A stretch of 64,000 nt of DNA. Source: Bacilli bacterium (GTDB lineage Bacteria > Bacillota_I > Bacilli_A > ML615J-28 > CAG-698). Below the pieces are notes generated by a model. The model did no database searches. It was not told the DNA's origin and worked only from the letters and a program-made list of their open reading frames with translations. The stretch is taken from contig JBMNLZ010000003.1 in the NCBI GenBank assembly GCA_050953065.1, positions 448,001 to 512,000 of the forward strand. Reading direction: 5' to 3'. Both the position numbers and the translations under genes were made by a program. Positions 1 through 11,958 of this stretch are shown here, one piece after another; position 1 is the first letter of the stretch, and each line of letters starts with the position of its first letter.

Positions 1-1
1 A

Positions 2-1134
<1,133 letters not shown>

Positions 1135-1135
<1 letters not shown>

Positions 1136-1665
1136 TGATTTATGTTGCTTATTTTGTAATTGCATTAGCACTAAGTGTTGATGCTTTCGCAGCCTTCTTA
1201 TCTTATGCTTGCTTAGAAGAAAAAAAGAAAAGTTTTTATGTCTTTGCACCACTGCTAATTGGTATATTACATATTGCTTTCCCTATTACAAGCTTTTACA
1301 TTATGAAGTCTTTAGCAATTGATTTAGACCTTTTAGGAAAAATCATTTCAGCTGTTATCTTTTTTCTTCTTGCTTTAATGGCTTTCTTTAAAAAGAAAGA
1401 ATGTCTTGAGCAACCTATTATAAAACTATTAAGTTTAATTTTACTTGCAATTGGTGTTAGCATCGACAGTTTTTTAGTTGGAATTTCACTATCCTTTACA
1501 ACTGATAATATTTTTCTACCAAGTATTATATTCGGAATAGTGAGTGCTTCTATTACACTTCTTGCATTATTAATTGGAAAAATCGTTATTAAAAAAATCA
1601 ATTTTAATTTAGATTACATTGCAGGCCTTGTTTTCCTTGTTTTAGGAATAGTTAATCTATTTTAA
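1135..1665 (+). CDS. mntP: MntP-family manganese efflux pump
   Basis: Two repeats of the ALSVDAF / GVSIDSF motif; about 6 hydrophobic helices. Confidence 0.75.
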
Positions 1666-1702
1666 AATAAACCGAAAATTTCAATTTAAAAGTCCAAGAA
1701 TA

Positions 1703-1829
1703 TTAGCAATTAACTCGTATATATAGTATAATGTAATTATAAAATAACTATTGTTAATTGCACTTATTTCTTGAGATTACTTAAATTTTAAAAAATAACT
1801 CTCTTAAGAAATAAGAAAGTTATTTTTTA
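1703..1829 (+). promoter_or_regulatory. Sigma-A-like promoter and structured 5' leader (alternative hairpins) of the LRR lipoprotein gene
   Basis: TTAGCA 1703-1708 and TATAAT 1727-1732; stems 1763-1776/1802-1815 and 1790-1806/1812-1828 are mutually exclusive. Confidence 0.5.
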
Positions 1830-1856
1830 TATCTCATCAAGAAAGGAGGAAAACTA

Positions 1857-4442
1857 TTGATTAAAAAATTTGTTTTTCTATTCTTTTTAGTACTTCTCTT
1901 ATCAGGTTGCGGAGATGGAAGACAACGAATTACACTTGTAAATAATAACGATACAAACAACACAGTTATAAAACAAGACTATGCAGAATCAATCACTCCT
2001 CCTGCAGCACCACTAAAAAAAGGGTTTATATTTATTGGATGGTATAAAGATAAAGACTTAACTGAAAAATTTGATTTTAATAATATGCCTAAAAAGAATG
2101 TTACTCTATATGCTAAATGGGAGCCTTTTCCTTATAATATTATTTATCACTTAGATGGTGGATATAATTCTAACTTAAACCCAAGAATGTATACTACTTT
2201 AATTTCTGTAGAATTAAACAACCCAACCAAAATAGATTATAACTTTTTAGGTTGGTATGATAATAAAGACTTTACAGGAGAACCTATTACATCTATTCCT
2301 AAAGGATCAATTGGACCAATTAACCTTTATGCTAAATGGGAAAAGATATTATATAAAGTAGCATTTAATTGTATTGTAACAACAGATTTACCTATAGTAG
2401 AAGGTGAAATTAATTCTCAAATTACACTACCAACTCCTGAAAAACTAGAATACACGTTTTTAGGTTGGAGACTTGATGATACTGTTTATCCTATAGGAGC
2501 AAAGTATTCTATTACAGGCAATGTTACACTAACTGCAATTTGGGAAGCTTATTCTAATGGACTTCTTTTTAAAATTGATAAAGGTGAAACAACCATTAAA
2601 TCCTATAATGGATCAGCTACAGTCTTTGTTATTCCTGATGCAATTATGGGTTGTCCTGTTGTTTCAATTGAAGCACAAGCTTTTAAAGGTAATAAAACTA
2701 TCAAAACTATGAAAACTGGAGACCATATTACTCATATTGGAAATGAAGCCTTTAATTCAATGGAAAAATTAGAATCTATCAATTTTTCAAACGAAGCAAC
2801 AAAATTAGGTTCTGCATTATTAAAAGGATGTAATTCTTTAAAAAGCATTACTATTTCTAGCAAAGCAAATTATAATTTTGAATATTATTTTGGAAACGCT
2901 CCAAGTAATATTCCAGAAACTTTAAAAACTGTAAAATTAGCATCGGGTGCAAATCCAATCAATACGAGACTTTTAAAAAGCAATTTTAAAAATATAACAT
3001 TGATTCTACCAGATGATACAATTGAAATTGCTGAAGAACAGTTTAAAGATGTAGCTTTAAAAAGTTTAATTATTCCAAAATCTGTTAGACGTATTGGAAA
3101 AAATGCATTTTTAAATGCTACTTCTTTACTTATTTATACTGAAGCATCCGTTAAACCTTGGGGTTGGTCTAGTATATGGAATCCAGATAATAGACCTGTT
3201 GTTTGGGGTTATACTAAAACTATAATAAGAGGTGATGTTGAATATGCCCTTACTAGCAAAGACAGCGCTTATGTAATAAGACAAGCAGCTGCTTCTATCG
3301 CAACTGATATTACTATTTTACCTAAGGTTGATAATTGTGTCGTGACTGAAATAATGCCTTTTGCTTTTAATGACAACCAAGTTATTACAAATATCACAAT
3401 ACCTCCTTCTATAAAACATATTAGAGAAAAAAGTTTCCAAAACGCTACAAATTTAATCAAAGTTAATTTTGTTGGAACAAGCAACTTATTAAGTATTGGA
3501 GAAAAAGCTTTTTATCAATGTAGAAAATTATCTTCTATAATAATACCAGTTACTGTTAATGAAATTGGTCCAAACGCTTTTAGAGGTGCTAGCATTTTAA
3601 CTATTTTTGTAAAAAATGATTCTCAAGCAGAAACATGGGATCTCCAATGGAATTCTGATGATATAACTGTCATTTGGAATTACAAAAAAACTGTGATTTT
3701 AAATTCAATAGAATATATATTAACATCTAACAATGAAGCATATGTATTAGGTCAAGAAGCAAATTCAAATGTAACCGATATTACAATATTGAATGTCATT
3801 GAAGGTTGTCAAGTATTCGAAATCATCCATAGTGCTTTTTGTGATAATTCTGTAATCAGCACAATTATCATTCCTGCTAGCATCCAAGTAATTGGAGAAT
3901 ATGCTTTTTCAAACACAAAAAATTTAAAAACTGTTATCTTTGAAGAAAATAGTCAATTAGATATTTTAGAAAACTATGTTTTTTACGGTGCTAGTGCCCT
4001 TGAAAATATTGAAATGCCTAAAAATATAACAAGCATTAATAAATATGCTTTTGCTAGAACAAACAATTTACAAAGCATCATCATCCCTGCTAGTGTTCAA
4101 GTAATTGGCGATTATGCTTTTAGTTTTTCTGGTTTGAATGAGATTAACTTTGAGGCTAATTCTAATTTAGATACAATTAAACAATCAGCTTTTTGGAAAG
4201 CAACTAATTTAGAAACCATCACTTTACCTGCTGGACTTACAACAATTGAAATTTATGCTTTTAATTTTGAAAGTTTAACAAGCATATTTATTCCAGAAAG
4301 TGTAAAAACCGTAGGTGCTTTTATTGTTAATGCATCTTTTCACAATATAACAGTTTATGCTGAAGCAACACATAAACCTGTAGGATGGAGTTCTTTTTGG
4401 TATCAAGGTAAACCTACAATAATTTGGGGTTATACTGAATAA
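1857..4442 (+). CDS. Surface lipoprotein with InlB B-repeats and BspA-type leucine-rich repeats
   Basis: Lipobox LLSGC; FxGWY..TLYAKW repeats; IPxSVxxIGxxAF repeats; GGAGG RBS with TTG start. Confidence 0.9.
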   Translation: MIKKFVFLFFLVLLLSGCGDGRQRITLVNNNDTNNTVIKQDYAESITPPAAPLKKGFIFIGWYKDKDLTEKFDFNNMPKKNVTLYAKWEPFPYNIIYHLDGGYNSNLNPRMYTTLISVELNNPTKIDYNFLGWYDNKDFTGEPITSIPKGSIGPINLYAKWEKILYKVAFNCIVTTDLPIVEGEINSQITLPTPEKLEYTFLGWRLDDTVYPIGAKYSITGNVTLTAIWEAYSNGLLFKIDKGETTIKSYNGSATVFVIPDAIMGCPVVSIEAQAFKGNKTIKTMKTGDHITHIGNEAFNSMEKLESINFSNEATKLGSALLKGCNSLKSITISSKANYNFEYYFGNAPSNIPETLKTVKLASGANPINTRLLKSNFKNITLILPDDTIEIAEEQFKDVALKSLIIPKSVRRIGKNAFLNATSLLIYTEASVKPWGWSSIWNPDNRPVVWGYTKTIIRGDVEYALTSKDSAYVIRQAAASIATDITILPKVDNCVVTEIMPFAFNDNQVITNITIPPSIKHIREKSFQNATNLIKVNFVGTSNLLSIGEKAFYQCRKLSSIIIPVTVNEIGPNAFRGASILTIFVKNDSQAETWDLQWNSDDITVIWNYKKTVILNSIEYILTSNNEAYVLGQEANSNVTDITILNVIEGCQVFEIIHSAFCDNSVISTIIIPASIQVIGEYAFSNTKNLKTVIFEENSQLDILENYVFYGASALENIEMPKNITSINKYAFARTNNLQSIIIPASVQVIGDYAFSFSGLNEINFEANSNLDTIKQSAFWKATNLETITLPAGLTTIEIYAFNFESLTSIFIPESVKTVGAFIVNASFHNITVYAEATHKPVGWSSFWYQGKPTIIWGYTE

Positions 4443-4452
4443 ATTTAAAAAT

Positions 4453-4495
4453 AAAACACATTATTTTATGAATTCACCATAAAGTAATGTGTTTT
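4453..4495. terminator. Bidirectional intrinsic terminator between convergent genes
   Basis: AAAACACATTATTTTATG / CATAAAGTAATGTGTTTT stem with A/T tracts. Confidence 0.75.
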
Positions 4496-4517
4496 TTATT
4501 AATTATTCAAATTTTTA

Positions 4518-5042
4518 TTACATATCTTCATATGCTAAAGCAAAAATATCTAAAGTTGTTAAAACATCCTTATCAAACTTAATAACATTTGAAATCTCTA
4601 AATCATATCTATCTAAAAGACTTAAACTAAAATCTTGATTCTTTTTTAATATCTCATCAATTTCTTTAAAGATTCTATCAAATAAAACTGATGCATCAAG
4701 TGATAATTTTTGTTTTTCTTTTAATGCTTCTAGATAATCTTCTAAATACATTAGATAACTTATCAATACTTCATATTTTTTCAACAACATTTTACTATTT
4801 AAAAAATATTCTTGAAAATATATTTTTATTTCATTGATTCTATCATATAAATAACTATAGCCAACTTCAAAAAATATTTGATATTCTTCTATTGGTAATT
4901 TTCTTTCTTTTAGTTCAATAATCTTATCTAATACTTTAAAGATTTCATCCATCCTAGAAAGTAAAACTGAAGCACTGCTTTCTAACATTTTTAAAAATGA
5001 ATCATTTTCTTTTTTCCAAGTCAAGTATTCTTCTATTTTCAT
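4518..5042 (-). CDS. Hypothetical acidic helical protein
   Basis: 174-aa ORF with AAGGA RBS; no motif recognised. Confidence 0.7.
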   Translation of the reverse strand: MKIEEYLTWKKENDSFLKMLESSASVLLSRMDEIFKVLDKIIELKERKLPIEEYQIFFEVGYSYLYDRINEIKIYFQEYFLNSKMLLKKYEVLISYLMYLEDYLEALKEKQKLSLDASVLFDRIFKEIDEILKKNQDFSLSLLDRYDLEISNVIKFDKDVLTTLDIFALAYEDM

Positions 5043-5070
5043 ATTTTATTTATTCCTTTATTATCTAATT

Positions 5071-8000
5071 TTATGATCCTGCATAATACCACCAGACAAC
5101 TGGTCTATTATCTGGATTCCAAAGAAAAGACCATCCCATTGGTTTAGAAGGTGCCTCGCAATTAATCGTTAAACTATCACAATCATCAAATACAGAAGAA
5201 CCCATATACATCGTGCTTGCAGGAATTATTATGCTTGGTAAAAGTCTACACTGAAAAAAAGCAGCCTGTCCGATACTAACAAGATTTGAAGGAAGCGTTA
5301 CAGAGGTTAACTCTTCGCATGCATAAAAGACTCTGTTTCCTATATATGTTGCACTAGGTATTACAACACTTGTTAGTTGTGTGCAACCATAAAAAACATT
5401 ATCATAAATTGTTTCTAAAGTATTTGGTAGTGTTATATTTGTTAGGCTACTGCTTTCAAAAGCAGAGTTACCTATACTAATTAAATTACTAGATAATGCT
5501 ATAGTTGTTAAACCACTATTTTTAAAAGCATACTCACCTATACTAATTAAATTACTAGACGGTGTTATAGTTGTTAAACTTGTACACCATTCAAAAGTGG
5601 ACCTTTTAATCTCAGTTACACCATTTGGAATTACAATATTTTCTAACTTACCTGCTCTATAAAAAGCATACTCACCAAGAGATGTTAAACTATTTGGTAA
5701 TGTTATATTTATCAAATTAGTACAATTTGAAAATGCATTGTTACCAATAGTTTCAACTCCTTCTGGAATTGTTATATTTTTCAAAGCAATACAATTTGAA
5801 AATGCATTGTTGTCTAGACTTTTTATTCCTTCCAAGATTGCTATGTTTTCAAGAACTATACAACCTGAAAATGCATATTTTCCGATACTTATCAAATTTT
5901 CATGCATTACTACGTTTTGTAAATTTCCACATTGATAAAAAACATAGTCTTCTATTTTTATTACATTAGATGGAATTGTTATACTAGTTAAATTTGAACA
6001 TCTTTCAAAAGCATTAGTACCAATACTTTCAAGACTGTTTGGAAGAGAGATATTATTTAATTTATAACAATTTTTAAAAGTTGCTTTCCCTATGGAAATT
6101 ATGTTACTAGAAAACTCAACACTTTCTAAAACATAACAACTTTCAAAAACAGATTCACCAATACTTATAACTTTTTCTGGAAAAGTTATATTGGTTAATT
6201 TATTACAACCATAAAAAGCAAAAGACCCAATCTTAGTAAGATTGTTTGGTAAATTTATATTAACCAAATAAGTATTTTGATAAAAAGCATTTTGAGCTAT
6301 TTCTTTTACATCGTAGTTTTCTATTTTTTCTGGTATTGTTACTGTTGCTAATCCGCCTTTATAAGTTACGATTACTACACTATATACAGCCCCATCAAAA
6401 ACCACTGCATATTCAAAATTATTTTCTTCACCCAAACTAACAAAGCCCCAAATTACTGGTCTAGAATCTGGATTCCATGCATCACTCCAACCATCAGGTT
6501 TAGAGATATTCTCAGCATAAATATTTAACTTATTACAAAGTAAAAAAGCATCAGTTCCTATATTTTCAATATTTTTTGAAAGAACAATCTTTGTTAGGTT
6601 TTTACATGAAGCAAAAGCACCTTTTCCAATAGAAGTGATTGTCTCAGGAAGAATAATTGTTCTTCCAGCATAATTAGAAAAAGCATATTCTTCTATTTTT
6701 TTAACATCATAATCTTCTATTTTTTCTGGTACATTTAAAATATTAAAAGCACCTGTATATTCAATTATTATTACACTATAATTAGAATCAATTGATGAAA
6801 TCGCATATTTAAAATCATATAATACCCCTGAATTAACAAAGCCCCATACGACCGGTCTGTTGTCTGGGTTCCACTGCAAATCCCAATCACTAGGCTTTTC
6901 TTCTGCTTTAATAAAAATATTTAATTTAGTACAATTAAAAAAAACTTCACTTTCCATAGTAATTAAACTTGTTGGAAGAATAATGCTTTTTAATAGACTA
7001 CAATTATAAAAAGCATGCGTTCCTATTTTAGTAAGGGTTTCTGGAATATTAATAGAAGCTAGCTTTTCGCAATCATAAAAAGCTTTTCTTCCAAGATAAG
7101 TTATTCCTTCTGATAGAGTTAGATTTACTAAAGCCCCACAAGAAAAAAAGGCCTCCTCATCTATACTAGTAATAGTTAAAGAAAGAGTTACATCTGTTAA
7201 ACTTCTACAATTATAAAAAACTCTTTTTTCAATAGTTTCAATTCCATTTAATAACATCACAGTTTTTAAATTAGTACAACCTGAAAAACAATCTTCACTT
7301 ATCTTTTTAACCGACCCTGGAATACTAATAGATGTTAGTTTTGTACAGTTTAAAAAAGCTTTCTTTCCGATACTTGTAATAGAATCAGAAAAAGTAACTT
7401 TTATTAAATTAGAACATCCTTCAAAAGCACGTTCTCCAACACTAGTAATATTTGATAAAAGAGTTATATAATTTAAAGTTAAACAATTCAAGAAACCTTC
7501 ATCTTGGATTTTTGTAACTAACTTATCTTTATATCTTTTAGGTATCTTAATATCTCTAACTGTACATGTTCCTCTTGAAACCGCATATGTATCATCTTCT
7601 AGTAAAGTATATTCTAATCCTGCTGTTGCCCACTCAGCATAAAGAGTAATATTATGTGCTGGCATTACATCAAAAACATAAAAATTATTTAATTCAACAT
7701 CACTATACCAACCAACAAATTCAAACCCTTCTTTTATAGGATCATCTGGTGCCTCTAATTTTTCTCCTTCTTCTAATACAATTTTTTTTACCATACTTCC
7801 ACCATTAGTATTAAAATAAACTGCTGGAAGAATTTTCATCCAAGAAGCATATAAAACCAAATCTTCATTGATAGAATTTTTTGAAAACTCCCATTTTGTA
7901 TCTAGGGTTTCTCCACCATCCATACTTGTATACCAACCTAAAAAAGCATAGCCTTCTTTGTAAACTGTTGGACTATCTATCTTTTCCCCTTCTTTTACGA

Positions 8001-8163
8001 TATAAGGTTCTATAGTATTACCTTCCATAGAATTAAAACTAACTGTATAAGTTACATCAAATGCTATAGGCTTATCACGTAATAGTAAATACAAGCCTAA
8101 AACAATAGTTACTGAAACAACTATTATTGTATTTATTATTACTATTTTTATTGTTTTCTTCAT
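5071..8163 (-). CDS. Membrane-anchored surface protein with InlB B-repeats and many BspA-type LRRs
   Basis: N-terminal TM helix, two FxGWY..LYAxW repeats, long LxxIxLPxxLxxIGxxAF arrays; start placed at the ATG after GGGAG. Confidence 0.9.
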   Translation of the reverse strand: MKKTIKIVIINTIIVVSVTIVLGLYLLLRDKPIAFDVTYTVSFNSMEGNTIEPYIVKEGEKIDSPTVYKEGYAFLGWYTSMDGGETLDTKWEFSKNSINEDLVLYASWMKILPAVYFNTNGGSMVKKIVLEEGEKLEAPDDPIKEGFEFVGWYSDVELNNFYVFDVMPAHNITLYAEWATAGLEYTLLEDDTYAVSRGTCTVRDIKIPKRYKDKLVTKIQDEGFLNCLTLNYITLLSNITSVGERAFEGCSNLIKVTFSDSITSIGKKAFLNCTKLTSISIPGSVKKISEDCFSGCTNLKTVMLLNGIETIEKRVFYNCRSLTDVTLSLTITSIDEEAFFSCGALVNLTLSEGITYLGRKAFYDCEKLASINIPETLTKIGTHAFYNCSLLKSIILPTSLITMESEVFFNCTKLNIFIKAEEKPSDWDLQWNPDNRPVVWGFVNSGVLYDFKYAISSIDSNYSVIIIEYTGAFNILNVPEKIEDYDVKKIEEYAFSNYAGRTIILPETITSIGKGAFASCKNLTKIVLSKNIENIGTDAFLLCNKLNIYAENISKPDGWSDAWNPDSRPVIWGFVSLGEENNFEYAVVFDGAVYSVVIVTYKGGLATVTIPEKIENYDVKEIAQNAFYQNTYLVNINLPNNLTKIGSFAFYGCNKLTNITFPEKVISIGESVFESCYVLESVEFSSNIISIGKATFKNCYKLNNISLPNSLESIGTNAFERCSNLTSITIPSNVIKIEDYVFYQCGNLQNVVMHENLISIGKYAFSGCIVLENIAILEGIKSLDNNAFSNCIALKNITIPEGVETIGNNAFSNCTNLINITLPNSLTSLGEYAFYRAGKLENIVIPNGVTEIKRSTFEWCTSLTTITPSSNLISIGEYAFKNSGLTTIALSSNLISIGNSAFESSSLTNITLPNTLETIYDNVFYGCTQLTSVVIPSATYIGNRVFYACEELTSVTLPSNLVSIGQAAFFQCRLLPSIIIPASTMYMGSSVFDDCDSLTINCEAPSKPMGWSFLWNPDNRPVVWWYYAGS

Positions 8164-8231
8164 AGCCTTACTCCCTAATTCATTATACAATAACTTTAAG
8201 TGATTTACAATTTAAAGAATTAGTTAGTTAA

Positions 8232-8265
8232 TATAAAATTAAGGCCTTAATGGCCTTAATTTATA
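8232..8265 (-). terminator. Intrinsic terminator downstream of the ycxB-like gene
   Basis: AAATTAAGGCC-ttaat-GGCCTTAATTT inverted repeat. Confidence 0.65.
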
Positions 8266-8268
8266 ATA

Positions 8269-8805
8269 TTATTTTTTATATTTTTTGTACTTAACTTTAC
8301 CTTTTTTATTTTTATTCATATACTTAAATGCCAAGCGTTCTAAGTCTTCAACACTTCCTTCTTTAATATCTTTTTTTATTAGCAACATTCCAGATTGATT
8401 CGCAACATAAATATAGATATAATCTTTTTGTTCATAAATTGATTCAATATCACTCCAGTTATATATGATTCTACCTTGTTCACTTTTTCTTTCAATTCTT
8501 ATTTTATTAATTTCAATTGTTTCTTCTATACCTTTTCTTTTATCTTCTTCTTGATTAACAATTGAATTGACTTTCCAAAAAATTAAAGTCGGAGTTAACA
8601 AGACAGTAAAAGCAGCTAAAGTCCAAGAAAAAGTTATATTAGGAAGACTAGGTGCTTTAATTGTATTAGAAATTGCTAAAGCTATCATCATTAAACAAAC
8701 TGCATAAACAACATAAGTTGATTTTGATTTTTTAAGCATATGAAATTTATAAAATGCTTTATGAGCTTTTTTATCATAGATACTAATTGCGATTATCTTA
8801 TCCAT
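8269..8805 (-). CDS. YcxB-like membrane protein
   Basis: Two TM helices, then YNWSDIESIYEQKDYIYIY...LLIKK typical of the YcxB C-terminal domain. Confidence 0.7.
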   Translation of the reverse strand: MDKIIAISIYDKKAHKAFYKFHMLKKSKSTYVVYAVCLMMIALAISNTIKAPSLPNITFSWTLAAFTVLLTPTLIFWKVNSIVNQEEDKRKGIEETIEINKIRIERKSEQGRIIYNWSDIESIYEQKDYIYIYVANQSGMLLIKKDIKEGSVEDLERLAFKYMNKNKKGKVKYKKYKK

Positions 8806-8934
8806 TTTATTTACCTCCAATAAACTTTTTTATTCATTATACCACATTTTTCTAATTTTTTACTAATTATTTTTAATAATTAGTGTTATAATATAACAGG
8901 TGAAAATATAAAGATATTTTAGAAGGAGGTTCAT

Positions 8935-9804
8935 ATGGACAAAATCACTAGGGCACTTGCTTTAAACAATGAAATAAAGGTCAGTATTGCTAAAACAAAA
9001 GAGATTGCTAATACTGCTTTAAAACTACACAATCTATGGCCAACTAGTTTAAGTGTTTTGGCTAAAACTCTAACTATTGGTGCCATGATGGGAAAAATGT
9101 TAAAAGGAAGTGATGCACTAACTATTAAAATAAATGGCAATGGTCCAATTGGAAATATTGTAGTTGATGCTAATGCACTTGGAGAGGTTAGAGGTTATGT
9201 CGATAATCCTCATATTAACTTCATCAACAATCAAAATATTTTAGATGATAAAACTGCAATTGGATTAGATGGTTTTATTGAAGTTATTAAAACTCAAAAC
9301 CTAAAAACTGACTTTTCTTCTTCAGTTGAAATTAAAACAGGCGATCTTGCTAATGACTTTACTTATTATTTTTTTACATCAGAACAAACTCCAACTATTA
9401 TTCTACTTAATCTAGATATTTCAAAAGAGGCACTTGTTACTGAAAGTAATGGTTTTTTAATTCAAACACTTCCTAAAACAAATGAAGCTACTATTAAATA
9501 TTTAGAAAAAACTTTTGAAAACTTTAAAAATACTGCTTCTTTATTAAGTAAAGATGCAACAGATATTTTAAAAACTCTTTTTAAAGATGATTATGTTATT
9601 CTAGAAGAATCAAATCTAATTTATAATTGTAATTGTTCTAAACTTAACTTTTCAAAAGGTTTAGGAAGTTTAAATAAAAAAGATTTGAAACAAATTATTG
9701 ATGAGGATGAAAAAGCAGAGATTATTTGCAATTACTGTAAAAAAGAATATCTCTTTTCTAAAGATGAATTAAATATAATTTTAGATAAAGGAAAATTAGT
9801 ATAA
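8935..9804 (+). CDS. hslO: Hsp33 redox-regulated chaperone
   Basis: GNGPIG, GEVRGYV, YFFTSEQTPT, C-terminal CNC...CNYC zinc motif. Confidence 0.95.
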   Translation: MDKITRALALNNEIKVSIAKTKEIANTALKLHNLWPTSLSVLAKTLTIGAMMGKMLKGSDALTIKINGNGPIGNIVVDANALGEVRGYVDNPHINFINNQNILDDKTAIGLDGFIEVIKTQNLKTDFSSSVEIKTGDLANDFTYYFFTSEQTPTIILLNLDISKEALVTESNGFLIQTLPKTNEATIKYLEKTFENFKNTASLLSKDATDILKTLFKDDYVILEESNLIYNCNCSKLNFSKGLGSLNKKDLKQIIDEDEKAEIICNYCKKEYLFSKDELNIILDKGKLV

Positions 9805-9808
9805 ATTA

Positions 9809-9838
9809 AAAAATAGAACTTTAAAAGTTCTATTTTTT
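9809..9838. terminator. Bidirectional terminator
   Basis: AAAAATAGAACTT-taa-AAGTTCTATTTTT between convergent genes. Confidence 0.75.
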
Positions 9839-10381
9839 ATTTTGGTTTACTTGTTTTGCTTCAATTATTTTTTCATCAATTAATTCTTTAATAATTTTAT
9901 AATTATCATAAACTTCAAAAATATTTGCAAAAACAAATCTAGGAACTTGATTAGTAGTTACTGGTGTACTTACTGTCCCAAAAGTAATAGTTCCAGTTCC
10001 TTTTTTTAAGATCTTATCAAGTACTGATACATTCACTGAAACGAACTGAACTGCCTCTAGGGGAATACTAGAAAAGTCAATTCCTATTAAACCCTTTTGG
10101 ATAATAAATCTCTTATCTGTAACTGTATAAAATTTATTTTTAAAAGCCAAATATTGAAGTACTACAAATAATATATATATTAATATTAAACCAGCAATTA
10201 TTAACATTAATATCAATAATTTAAAAACTTCAACAGCAGATACATAAGTAATAATAGCAATTGCTCCAAAAACTAAAACAATAAATAAACTAACAAATGT
10301 TTCTTTCAAAAAATATGGTTTGTAAGTATATAAAACCTTCTCGTCTTTCATTAAAATTTTCTTTGTTTGATTTTTATTCAT
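9830..10381 (-). CDS. Membrane protein with bacterial PH domain (bPH_2-like)
   Basis: Two TM helices, then YTVTDKRFIIQKGLIG...GTGTITF. Confidence 0.75.
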   Translation of the reverse strand: MNKNQTKKILMKDEKVLYTYKPYFLKETFVSLFIVLVFGAIAIITYVSAVEVFKLLILMLIIAGLILIYILFVVLQYLAFKNKFYTVTDKRFIIQKGLIGIDFSSIPLEAVQFVSVNVSVLDKILKKGTGTITFGTVSTPVTTNQVPRFVFANIFEVYDNYKIIKELIDEKIIEAKQVNQNKK

Positions 10382-10432
10382 AAAGAGTCTCCTTTTCATC
10401 AATTGCATTCTATCATATGTATTTTAAAAATT

Positions 10433-10810
10433 TCAATCATGTAATTGTAAATTTTTAGTCAATATTAATCTAAAAGGATTAACTACAATTCCTAAGTCTA
10501 AAATTAAACTAGTAATTAAGAAAAAATCAAACTTTTTAAAAATTAGATAATAAATTTTAAAACTAATTAAAACTCCCATTATAAAAATAAATAAAATTAC
10601 TGATAAAAGTTGATAACTAAAGACAGTTTCTTTTTTTATGAATAAGTTTATAATATATCCACAAGCAAATACTAAATTTAAGATGCCTAGCAAACTAGAG
10701 ATTATTATATTATCAAGGATGCTTTCTCTTAAGACATAGATATAAAAAAATATCTCTAAAACAAAAGTTAAAATTACACCTATGATTATAAGCCATTTAT
10801 ATTTAAGCAT
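10433..10810 (-). CDS. Hypothetical 4-TM membrane protein
   Basis: Hydrophobic 125-aa ORF overlapping the maf stop. Confidence 0.6.
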   Translation of the reverse strand: MLKYKWLIIIGVILTFVLEIFFYIYVLRESILDNIIISSLLGILNLVFACGYIINLFIKKETVFSYQLLSVILFIFIMGVLISFKIYYLIFKKFDFFLITSLILDLGIVVNPFRLILTKNLQLHD

Positions 10811-11369
10811 TGATAATTCCTTTTTTCTTTAATATCTCATAGACTCTTGCTAGAGGAAGACCTACAACATTATAATAATCACCCTTAATATAGGATACAT
10901 GTTTACCAAAATCTCCTTGAATCGCATAGCTTCCAGCTTTATCATAAACATTTTCTTTTGTTATATAATTGGCTATTTCACTATCACTCATCTTATTCAC
11001 AGTAACAAAAGTTTCTTCATGAAATAATTCATATTCGGTTTTAGTTCCAATAAAAACCGCTGTAATAACTCTATGAGTTTTACCAGATAAATTTTTAAGC
11101 ATTAAAAATGCATCTTTTTCATCTTTTGGTTTTCCTAAAATTTTTCCGTTTAACTCTACTATCGTATCAGCTGTTAAAACAAGCGCATCAGTATTGGTGC
11201 TTAAAACATCCATTCCTTTTAAATATGCTAATCTTCTAACACATTTCAAAGGATTTTTTTCATCAATCATTTCATCAATACCGCTGACTGCTACTTTAAA
11301 TTTAACGCCAATTTTAGCAAGTAATTCTTGTCGCCTAAGAGAGGCAGACCCTAAAATAATTTCTTTCAA
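10803..11369 (-). CDS. maf: Maf-family nucleoside triphosphate pyrophosphatase
   Basis: ILGSASLRRQELL, ADTIV, ILGKP, DKAGSYAIQG, NVVGLP. Confidence 0.93.
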   Translation of the reverse strand: MKEIILGSASLRRQELLAKIGVKFKVAVSGIDEMIDEKNPLKCVRRLAYLKGMDVLSTNTDALVLTADTIVELNGKILGKPKDEKDAFLMLKNLSGKTHRVITAVFIGTKTEYELFHEETFVTVNKMSDSEIANYITKENVYDKAGSYAIQGDFGKHVSYIKGDYYNVVGLPLARVYEILKKKGIINA

Positions 11370-11373
11370 ACAA

Positions 11374-11958
11374 TCACCTCATATGAAATTTCTTTTTAAA
11401 CTCATGAATAATTTGACCACGATATAAAATTACTGTCAATAGTAAACTTACAAGTGAACATGATGCTAAAACAATCCAAGGCCAAGTTATTTTTATTACT
11501 CCAGCAAATCCTAAAATTATCGAAAATAATCCTAAAATTATATAAACATAAAAATATAAAATGTTTGTTAATCTTCTTTTAAAGTGAATAAAAAAGAAAA
11601 TACTTGCAATTATAACTGCAGAAAAACAAACAATCGGTATTACAATATTTATTGCCCAACCTCTATAACCAGAAATAAAATCAACTAAGAATAAAAATAA
11701 ACTAATAACAATCGCCGATTGAACAATTTTTCTTAAAATTCCTGATTCAATCATGGCATCAGATAAAAACACAAACCAAAAAACTATTTCTCCACCCCAA
11801 ACATATAAAAACCAAAACTTTCCACCAACTAATAAATTTATTAATCCTGTAACAAAAGCTGCTGTTACAAAAACTGCTAGAATTATTCTTTTCATCAAAA
11901 CAATATCAAAAGCTTTTCTTTTATATTCAGGATACATACTTGTATCTTCTATTTTCAT
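11374..11958 (-). CDS. DUF6320-like membrane protein, coupled to the acyltransferase
   Basis: About 6 TM helices, GYRGWAINIVIP, C-terminal EFKKKFH; ATGA overlap with the upstream gene. Confidence 0.65.
   Translation of the reverse strand: MKIEDTSMYPEYKRKAFDIVLMKRIILAVFVTAAFVTGLINLLVGGKFWFLYVWGGEIVFWFVFLSDAMIESGILRKIVQSAIVISLFLFLVDFISGYRGWAINIVIPIVCFSAVIIASIFFFIHFKRRLTNILYFYVYIILGLFSIILGFAGVIKITWPWIVLASCSLVSLLLTVILYRGQIIHEFKKKFHMR

Noticed and set aside
1857-8163. Diversity-generating retroelement acting on the LRR genes
   Set aside because: No reverse transcriptase and no template/variable pair with adenine-specific differences seen
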